From the NCBI GenBank assembly GCA_020348445.1, contig CP070751.1, forward strand, positions 2,007,953 through 2,021,829: 13,877 nt of DNA. The letters are read 5' to 3'. Position numbers and translations under genes: made by a program. The stretch comes from Thermoplasmata archaeon (GTDB lineage: Archaea > Thermoplasmatota > Thermoplasmata > GCA-020350865). Below are positions 8,235 to 13,877 of the stretch, piece after piece; within the stretch, counting starts at the first letter, position 1; the number at the start of each line of letters is the position of its first letter. A model generated the notes under the pieces. It did no database searches, had not been told where the DNA came from, and saw only the letters and a program-made list of their open reading frames with translations.

Positions 8235-9071
8235 ATGAGGAAAATAATATTATCGCTTGTAACTGGATGGATACTGGTATCTGCGGCCCTTTTCAGTCTA
8301 TGCGTATTCAGCTCGGAGAAGGAAATAAATGCCTCTGCCGATGAATGGGGGGATGCCCCGGATTTCACATTACGTGATATCGAGGATAATTTGTTTACCT
8401 TATCAGACAATCTGGGTAAGGTCATTCTAATCGATTTCATGGCCACATGGTGCGGTCCTTGCCATACCGAAATGGAAGAGTTAGACAAAATTCATGACGA
8501 AGTCGGCAACGGAATCGTCATGATCTCAATAGATGTGGACACCTCTGAGACTGAGGAGGATGTTGTGAACTCTTTCGAAGATTATGTATTTAAATGGATA
8601 TTTGCCATAGATACAAATTCTGAGGGTGTATCAAATCAATATGAAATTCAATATATACCAACAATATACATCATCGATACAAACGGAGACATTTCTTATT
8701 CATCTACTGGTATTACAGAAGAAGACACATTAATGGATGAATTAGAGGAGGCCGGGTATAAAAAATCAAGTGAGGGCGCTGGTGGAAGTGGAGGTGATCT
8801 GATGCCTTTCATATTGATAGGCATCATAGCTATCATTGCAGTATTAGGATTAATTTTTGCATTAGTCCTTCTACCAAAGAGTGGTGGGGCTCCACAATAT
8901 CCCCCGCAATATCAACAACAATATCAATCCACTCAACCCCAGTACACTCAGCAATACCAACAGACTCCCTCACAATACCCTCAACAACAAATAGCAACTT
9001 ATTGTCCTTATTGTGGTAATTTAATACAGCCTGGATGGCAGGTATGCACATACTGCAAAAATCCTTTATAG
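8235..9071 (+). CDS. Membrane-anchored TlpA/ResA-like thiol-disulfide oxidoreductase with C-terminal Q/P/Y-rich linker and zinc ribbon
   Basis: Signal-peptide-like N-terminus; APDFTL..., GKVILIDFMATWCGPC and IPTIYIIDTNG (TlpA/AhpC-TSA pattern); TM LMPFILIGIIAIIAVLGLIFALVLLP; QY/PQ low-complexity stretch; CPYCG...CTYC. Confidence 0.85.
   Translation: MRKIILSLVTGWILVSAALFSLCVFSSEKEINASADEWGDAPDFTLRDIEDNLFTLSDNLGKVILIDFMATWCGPCHTEMEELDKIHDEVGNGIVMISIDVDTSETEEDVVNSFEDYVFKWIFAIDTNSEGVSNQYEIQYIPTIYIIDTNGDISYSSTGITEEDTLMDELEEAGYKKSSEGAGGSGGDLMPFILIGIIAIIAVLGLIFALVLLPKSGGAPQYPPQYQQQYQSTQPQYTQQYQQTPSQYPQQQIATYCPYCGNLIQPGWQVCTYCKNPL
8893..8990 (+). repeat. Low-complexity Gln/Tyr/Pro coding repeat
   Basis: Recurrent CAATAT/CAATAC/CAGTAC (Gln-Tyr) units encoding PQYPPQYQQQYQSTQPQYTQQYQQTPSQYPQQQ. 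Confidence 0.7.
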
Positions 9072-9104
9072 CCCTGTGTAGGGAGAACTAGCGATAATTG
9101 ATAT

Positions 9105-10319
9105 TCACCCCTTGTTTTTTCTAAATTCGCGAATCAACACAACAATCAGGGGTATCATGATAAAGATCGAAATTATCGTGATAATGTAAAGAACAGCCAT
9201 ATCCCATTTCATTCCCATTATCATCAAGGTCAGAGGCTGCTTGTGGTCCTGGTAGTTGATAAGAACCTCTGAGACGTCTCTTACATCATCCACATGAATG
9301 GTCACAACCCAAGTAAGCCCGTTCCACCATCTTGAGAATCCCATGAACATATCACTTTCTCGTCCATCAGATAAAATATTACCAATTATCGTTATAGATT
9401 TATTCTTGGGTTTTATGGAAACATAAAGGACTTTAGTTTCTGGATCATATTTATAGCCCTCTTCCATTCTCTGGTCATTGCTGATATTCTCTACATGCTG
9501 GTAGTGGCTGTTGTTTGATCGGTACTTAACCGACAGATTATCAAAATTAAATTGTTCCAGATCAAATTCAAGTGTTATCGGCACATCCCAAATTTTAGGA
9601 TCTGAGCCGGTATAATCCAGTTCGAAAACCATTTTTGTATCGTTACTATTTTGCGAATTAAAGTAAACAGTGGTATGATCTACGATATAATAATACGATC
9701 TTACCTCCCCCCATGTGGCATACCAGACATTATTATTTGAGTCGATGTATTTAAGAGATTCCGAGTCCAATTTATCGTTTTGGTGGAACATGCAATCTGC
9801 CCAAGATCCATTTTGCTCTGCCTTATGAAGATCACTTATGTGGGCTTCACCCTCGGTCACCTTTCCGCCTAGACGAGCTATGTTCATCCAATCCATCTCA
9901 TCCTCAGGTGCGCTCGTTTCATTTATGATTAAACCACATATAGAATCAAAAAAACAATTGCCAGCTATTCTGAATCCGGTATCGTAAGCTGCCTTCATGA
10001 CATTTTTGTTGGGACTGGAATAGGGATATGCAATGCTCAGGCATGTGGTTCCCCATCTTGAGGTGGACTTCGTGTTATCCTCGATTAAGGCCAGTGATTC
10101 CTTGGTCCATGTAAGAGCTTCGTCGTAACTGAAATCCTTTGTTTTGACATGGCGTGCTCCGTGGGAACCGAGCTCATGACCCTGTTCTATAGCCTGGTTC
10201 TCATGATAATTTATGTCGCTATCTATGTAATATTCATTTATTATGTATATACCTAGATTCACACTGACTATGATTAATATGATGCACAGAATTATAGCGA
10301 CTACTTTCTTTGAGCCCAT
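9105..10319 (-). CDS. Polysaccharide deacetylase-like protein (CE4/NodB family), membrane-anchored at both termini, with permuted motif order
   Basis: GHELGSHGARH (metal-binding His motif), SIAYPY, DCMFH and VWYATWGEV. The DD motif (VVTIHVDD) lies near the C-terminus. Hydrophobic helices at both ends. The start is placed at the ATG at 10319 (MGSKKVVAII); the ORF track opens at a TTG at 10376. Confidence 0.75.
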   Translation of the reverse strand: MGSKKVVAIILCIILIIVSVNLGIYIINEYYIDSDINYHENQAIEQGHELGSHGARHVKTKDFSYDEALTWTKESLALIEDNTKSTSRWGTTCLSIAYPYSSPNKNVMKAAYDTGFRIAGNCFFDSICGLIINETSAPEDEMDWMNIARLGGKVTEGEAHISDLHKAEQNGSWADCMFHQNDKLDSESLKYIDSNNNVWYATWGEVRSYYYIVDHTTVYFNSQNSNDTKMVFELDYTGSDPKIWDVPITLEFDLEQFNFDNLSVKYRSNNSHYQHVENISNDQRMEEGYKYDPETKVLYVSIKPKNKSITIIGNILSDGRESDMFMGFSRWWNGLTWVVTIHVDDVRDVSEVLINYQDHKQPLTLMIMGMKWDMAVLYIITIISIFIMIPLIVVLIREFRKNKG

Positions 10320-10397
10320 CAAGGGTAATATCAGGGTGTCGATATTTATTGGTTTCTGGATGCGATAAGATAACAATTGGTAATAGAATTTTGATTT

Positions 10398-10445
10398 GTT
10401 TTTAATATATCTCGTGAGGTTTCACACCACGAATAATATAAAAAC
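10398..10445. promoter_or_regulatory. Imperfect inverted repeat in the divergent deacetylase/methyltransferase intergenic region
   Basis: GTTTTTAATATATCTCGTG (10398-10416) versus CACGAATAATATAAAAAC (10428-10445). Each arm carries a TATA-like run. Confidence 0.4.
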
Positions 10446-10528
10446 GATTCTTTACATGTTTGCAAAGTTAATAAATCTGTATAAACTATAACGATTTAAA
10501 TTGATAAGTACATATTCGATGTGAAAAT

Positions 10529-11284
10529 ATGCCTGTTGATTACTCAGATATTGCAGGATATTATGACAAAGTGCGTATCACTTCCCCAGATTATTTGAGG
10601 TTCTGGTCCTCTAGGATTGCCCAATATGGGTCAATCAATAAGAATTCAAGGGTATTGGATATTGGAAGTGGCACTGGACGATTCACACTAATGCTCTCTA
10701 AAGTTACCAATTCCGAGGTTCATGCAATAGAGCCATCCGTGGATATGTTAGATAAAGCAATGAAAAAGGACAAGAAGAAAAAGGTTAATTGGAGCAAAGG
10801 AAAAGCTGAAGAACTTGCCTTTCCTGACGAATTTTTTGATTGTGTCTACATGACCTTTGTATTTCATCATATAAAAAACCGAAAAAAGGCACTTGCAGAG
10901 ATATATCGGATCCTGAAACCAAAGGGCAAGTGCATTTTCATGACCACCTCATACGGTCATATCAGACGATCACCTTTATATCTATTTCCAGGGCTTGCTG
11001 CCATAGATTTAGGTAGATTTCCCTCATTGCCGGAATTTAAGAGAATTCTAAAAAAGGCCAGTTTTAAGGATGTGCATTATCATCTCGATAAATATGAAAA
11101 TCAAAAGTACAGTTTAGATGATTACTTAAAGCGTGTCAAAAGCAAACATGTCTCCACTTTATCTGTTCTTGCCGAGGACGAATTTAAACGTGGCTACATA
11201 ATTTTTGAAAAAAAGCTAAGGGCAAAATATCGAGATTTTCTTGAGATTAGGCATGGAGTTTACCTCGTATCAGGGAGAAAGTAA
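10529..11284 (+). CDS. Class I SAM-dependent methyltransferase (UbiE/Methyltransf_11-like), substrate unknown
   Basis: Motif I VLDIGSGTG, post-I VHAIEPS, motif II LAFPDEFFDCVY, and ALAEIYRILKPKG. Confidence 0.88.
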   Translation: MPVDYSDIAGYYDKVRITSPDYLRFWSSRIAQYGSINKNSRVLDIGSGTGRFTLMLSKVTNSEVHAIEPSVDMLDKAMKKDKKKKVNWSKGKAEELAFPDEFFDCVYMTFVFHHIKNRKKALAEIYRILKPKGKCIFMTTSYGHIRRSPLYLFPGLAAIDLGRFPSLPEFKRILKKASFKDVHYHLDKYENQKYSLDDYLKRVKSKHVSTLSVLAEDEFKRGYIIFEKKLRAKYRDFLEIRHGVYLVSGRK

Positions 11285-11342
11285 GCGAGGGTACTTTTTA
11301 TTGATTTTCGAATGAAAGAACATTTTAATGGTCTTGACAGAT

Positions 11343-11687
11343 TCATTCAAGCTCAAAAAAAACGCTACTGTCCGAGTCTACATCCAAGGTCTCGGTTTTA
11401 TACAGTTCATATGCTCCCGAGACCTCATGAAAGAGCTCGAAGGTGTGCTTGCCTGGTGACACTTCAAATTCCCTTTCCGCACTCTGCGCAGGATCCAGGG
11501 AAGCGGAAAACTTCTTGGACCCGTCAATATGCAATTCAATGTTTTGAGTTGTATCCCTGTTGTTCTTTACAGTAATCATCACCCTATGGTTTTCAGTTGT
11601 GCAGCCTGTTAAGATGGAAACAGAGAGTATACATGTAAAAATAATAAATGCGACTGATTTTCTTATTGTATCATCTCCGGTAATCAT
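11343..11687 (-). CDS. Small putative lipoprotein with an Ig-like beta-sandwich domain
   Basis: RK followed by a hydrophobic stretch ending in the lipobox LTG-C (Cys29). The mature part is beta-rich (VMITVKN, IELHIDG, EFEVSPGKHTFEL). Confidence 0.72.
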   Translation of the reverse strand: MITGDDTIRKSVAFIIFTCILSVSILTGCTTENHRVMITVKNNRDTTQNIELHIDGSKKFSASLDPAQSAEREFEVSPGKHTFELFHEVSGAYELYKTETLDVDSDSSVFFELE

Positions 11688-11833
11688 TTATTAGTTATTT
11701 CTGTATTATTAATATATTGCTTCATAATTAATGTTTGCCTCATAAATCATGATACTTTAAGATAGTTTTCGATATGGCAAAGGAAATTATTTATATATGT
11801 TTTAATGTAAAGTTATGCCAAAAGTCATATATA

Positions 11834-11841
11834 TTTATATA
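11834..11841 (+). promoter_or_regulatory. TATA box for a probably leaderless Fic transcript
   Basis: TTTATATA ending 25 nt before the ATG at 11866, with no SD upstream of the ATG. Confidence 0.5.
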
Positions 11842-11865
11842 TACTATATGGTTATATAGATAATT

Positions 11866-12765
11866 ATGAATCAAAACATATTAGATACCCTCCGATCAAA
11901 ACTTCTCGAAAGAATAAGCTTCGATACATTGCCTGAATCGGCCTTAAAACGAAGTGCTGCTTTGAATACCTGGGGAACGAATGCAATAGAGGGAAGTACG
12001 ATAACCAGGGCTGAGGCTGAAAGGATATTGTTGGAGGAACGTAGCGTTGCAGGAAAACCAATTCGGGATGTCATGGAAACAATACAACATGAACGAGCAT
12101 TCCGAAGCCTTTTAAACAGGCGAAAAAGAGAAATTACACTCGAAACGGTACTTGAACTTCATGAAGAAGTATTCCGTGGAATCCTGTACGATGCTGGACA
12201 GTGGCGGAGGGTAAATGTCCGTATTAAAGGAGCAAAGTTTGCACCTCCAAGAATGGAAAAGGTTGTAAAGGAAATGAACGATTGGATGAATGAATACCGA
12301 AAACGGGATATCGAGGGGGAAGACACTTTCGAATTAGCTTCATGGATGCATTATAAATTCGAATGGATTCATCCATTTGGGGATGGTAACGGACGGGTAG
12401 GAAGACTCCTTTTGAACCTGCATTTTCTTAGAAGGAATTGGCCTTTCGTTCATGTCCTGCCACCAAATCAGAAGGAATATTTGAAGGCATTAAATGCTGC
12501 ATCCGGTGGAGATTTTTCTCTTTTTGTGAATCTAACGAAAACACTTATGGGTGCAAGCCTTGTGGATTTGTTGGATCAGGTAGGAACGAAAAAGGATAAG
12601 CTAATTACCTTAAAGAAGGCGGTGAAGATTTCCCCTTATAGTGAGAAATACCTTGCTCTTAGGTGTAAGCAAGGTGAGCTACCAGCTTTAAAATCAGGGA
12701 GGGAATGGAGAACAAGTGAGCGGGCACTTGGTCTCTATAGTGATTTGGTTGGTAGGAAGGGGTAG
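11866..12765 (+). CDS. Fic/Doc family protein (class II, N-terminal inhibitory helix) with C-terminal HTH domain
   Basis: Complete catalytic motif HPFGDGNGRVGR (12370-12405); inhibitory-type motif TNAIEG (11977-11994); C-terminal LITLKKA...YSEKYLALRCKQGELPALKSGREWRTSE resembling excisionase/MerR-like HTH. Confidence 0.92.
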   Translation: MNQNILDTLRSKLLERISFDTLPESALKRSAALNTWGTNAIEGSTITRAEAERILLEERSVAGKPIRDVMETIQHERAFRSLLNRRKREITLETVLELHEEVFRGILYDAGQWRRVNVRIKGAKFAPPRMEKVVKEMNDWMNEYRKRDIEGEDTFELASWMHYKFEWIHPFGDGNGRVGRLLLNLHFLRRNWPFVHVLPPNQKEYLKALNAASGGDFSLFVNLTKTLMGASLVDLLDQVGTKKDKLITLKKAVKISPYSEKYLALRCKQGELPALKSGREWRTSERALGLYSDLVGRKG

Positions 12766-12816
12766 AATTTCAAGGAGAAACACATCCCAACACTTATATA
12801 CCCCAAATAAGAGTCG

Positions 12817-12833
12817 TTTTTTTTCCCTTTTTT
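12817..12833 (+). terminator. Oligo-T candidate archaeal terminator after the Fic gene
   Basis: T8 (12817-12824) and T6 (12828-12833), about 50-70 nt after the Fic stop codon. Confidence 0.5.
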
Positions 12834-12860
12834 TGGAGAGATTTGGAAGGGAAGGGGAGG

Positions 12861-12873
12861 AAATTATATAAGG
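12861..12873 (+). promoter_or_regulatory. TATA box for the MNT-HEPN operon
   Basis: AAATTATATAAGG, about 40 nt upstream of the ATG at 12912, preceded by a purine-rich run and identical to 13605-13617. Confidence 0.6.
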
Positions 12874-12911
12874 AATTAAAGAAGTGTATGGAATGACCGG
12901 AAGTGTAGATA

Positions 12912-13208
12912 ATGAAAACGCTAGAAGAGATCAAAAAAATGCTTAAAGAACATGAGAAAATCCTCAAAATGAAATATAAGACCAAAAAGATAGGGATCTT
13001 TGGTTCTTATGTGAGGGATGAGGAGAAGGAAAGAAAGAGCGATCTCGACATATTGGTTGAGTTTGATGACGGTATCACCCTTTTGAAATTTATAGAGATG
13101 GAGAATTATTTAAGCGATCTTTTGGGTATAAAAGTGGATCTCGTTATGAAGAAAGCACTGAAGCCCAGAATCGGAGAAAATATATTAAAAGAGGTTTTGT
13201 ACATATGA
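12912..13208 (+). CDS. mntA: Minimal nucleotidyltransferase (MNT), antitoxin of a HEPN-MNT (type VII) TA pair
   Basis: 98 aa; IGIFGSYVR...SDLDILVEF; LSDLLGIKVDLV; ATGA overlap with the downstream HEPN gene. Confidence 0.88.
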   Translation: MKTLEEIKKMLKEHEKILKMKYKTKKIGIFGSYVRDEEKERKSDLDILVEFDDGITLLKFIEMENYLSDLLGIKVDLVMKKALKPRIGENILKEVLYI

Positions 13209-13549
13209 AAAACGAGTACAAGGATTATATTGAGGATATTTTAAATTCCATATTGAAAATCGAGGATTTCATAGACGAGCTGACCTTTGAGGATTTTAAA
13301 AGTGATGATAAAACTGTTTTTGCGGTAATAAGAGCTCTTGAGATTATAGGGGAAGCAGCCAAAAAGATACCGCAACCATTGAAAGGTAAATATTCTCAAA
13401 TTCCCTGGCGTGAAATATCTGGTATGAGAGATAAATTGATACACGGATATTTCGGGGTAGATCTAAAAGTTGTATGGGATACGATAAAAATCGATATACC
13501 GGACCTCAAACCGCAAATTAATAGGATGCTTTCAGATTTGGATGAATAA
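13205..13549 (+). CDS. hepT: HEPN-domain (DUF86/HepT-like) RNase toxin
   Basis: 114 aa; AVIRALEIIGEAAK; IPWREISGMRDKLIHGYFGVD carrying RX4HXY (R-DKLI-H-G-Y, 13427-13450); translationally coupled to the MNT gene. Confidence 0.9.
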   Translation: MKNEYKDYIEDILNSILKIEDFIDELTFEDFKSDDKTVFAVIRALEIIGEAAKKIPQPLKGKYSQIPWREISGMRDKLIHGYFGVDLKVVWDTIKIDIPDLKPQINRMLSDLDE

Positions 13550-13591
13550 ATTTCGAAAAAGGAAAGAAAGTCAGCCAATTTCTTAGGGAAT

Positions 13592-13617
13592 CCTTATATA
13601 CCGCAAATTATATAAGG
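13592..13617 (+). promoter_or_regulatory. rRNA promoter core (BRE-like CGCAAA + TTATATAA) embedded in a 9-bp inverted repeat
   Basis: CCTTATATA-ccgcaaat-TATATAAGG. The TATA box at 13608-13615 lies about 215 nt upstream of the mature 16S 5' end. Confidence 0.65.
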
Positions 13618-13639
13618 GCGATTCACCCTTAAATAACGG

Positions 13640-13828
13640 TGGCAACAGAGCGGCGCGGGTTGTGAGCAAGGGAATAACATCCCCTCGATGAACAACCCTA
13701 TTCTATTGTTGTCTACAAAATGGAGATTCGAGAAACCCGGCTATTTTAAGTCGTGACCTCTTGAATCCGACACTCGACGAATCGGTGAGACCAGATAACC
13801 TGCCAATATTTACAATATGCGGATAATA
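13640..13828 (+). other. Structured 5' leader (external transcribed spacer) of pre-16S rRNA
   Basis: Non-coding. Stems GGGTTGT/ACAACCC (13657-13663/13692-13698), GATTCGAGA/TCTTGAATC (13725-13733/13759-13767, one G-U) and CGGCT/AGTCG (13738-13742/13749-13753). The 5' boundary is estimated from the TATA position. Confidence 0.6.
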
Positions 13829-13877
13829 ATTCCGGTTGATCCTGCCGGAGGCTACCGCTATTGGAATCCGATTAAGC
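13829..13877 (+). rRNA. rrs: Archaeal 16S rRNA gene, 5' end (partial, runs off the window)
   Basis: ATTCCGGTTGATCCTGCCGGAGGCTACCGCTATTGGAATCCGATTAAGC. Positions 13830-13849 match the Arch21F primer TTCCGGTTGATCCYGCCGGA exactly. Confidence 0.95.

Noticed and set aside
11357-11575. Remainder of the 87-aa ORF 11312..11575 (+) as a real gene
   Set aside because: It is antisense to the lipoprotein and has no motif beyond the first 15 codons, which are reported separately as a possible relic.
12809-12860. Insert between the split promoter halves as a MITE
   Set aside because: Only 52 nt and no terminal inverted repeats at its ends; better explained as a terminator-containing spacer.
11700-13600. 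Transposon, prophage or integron carrying the Fic/MNT-HEPN genes
   Set aside because: No integrase, transposase or terminal inverted repeats were found. Only short direct repeats are seen, and these are reported as a finding.
13620-13828. tRNA gene upstream of the 16S
   Set aside because: No cloverleaf or T-arm GTTCRA motif in the proper context; the stems fit an rRNA leader. A bulge-helix-bulge processing stem cannot be assessed because its partner strand lies beyond the window.

Overview
Archaeal genomic window. The evidence is the 16S rRNA 5' end with an exact Arch21F primer site, TATA/BRE promoters, GGTGA-type ribosome-binding sites and a lipobox protein. The 16S start and the style of the surface proteins suggest Thermoplasmatota, which is an inference. 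From left to right: (1) housekeeping-type genes thpR (-) and panE (+), then an orphan HExxH protein. (2) A cell-surface block containing a ~1,886-aa glycoprotein (two tandem beta-helix modules, a cadherin/PKD-like stalk, one TM helix and a cytoplasmic longin-like domain), a divergent membrane-anchored WCGPC thioredoxin-like protein with a Q/P/Y tail and zinc ribbon, an apparently circularly permuted CE4/NodB deacetylase anchored at both ends, a SAM methyltransferase and a small lipoprotein. (3) A toxin-antitoxin-type block (class II Fic-HTH plus MNT-HEPN) lying directly against the rRNA promoter, followed by a structured leader and the first 49 nt of the 16S rRNA gene. The strongest leads are the permuted deacetylase, the longin-like tail on a surface protein, and a split near-copy (24/25 nt) of the palindromic rRNA promoter core upstream of the MNT-HEPN pair. 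All family assignments come from motif recognition by eye; no searches were run.
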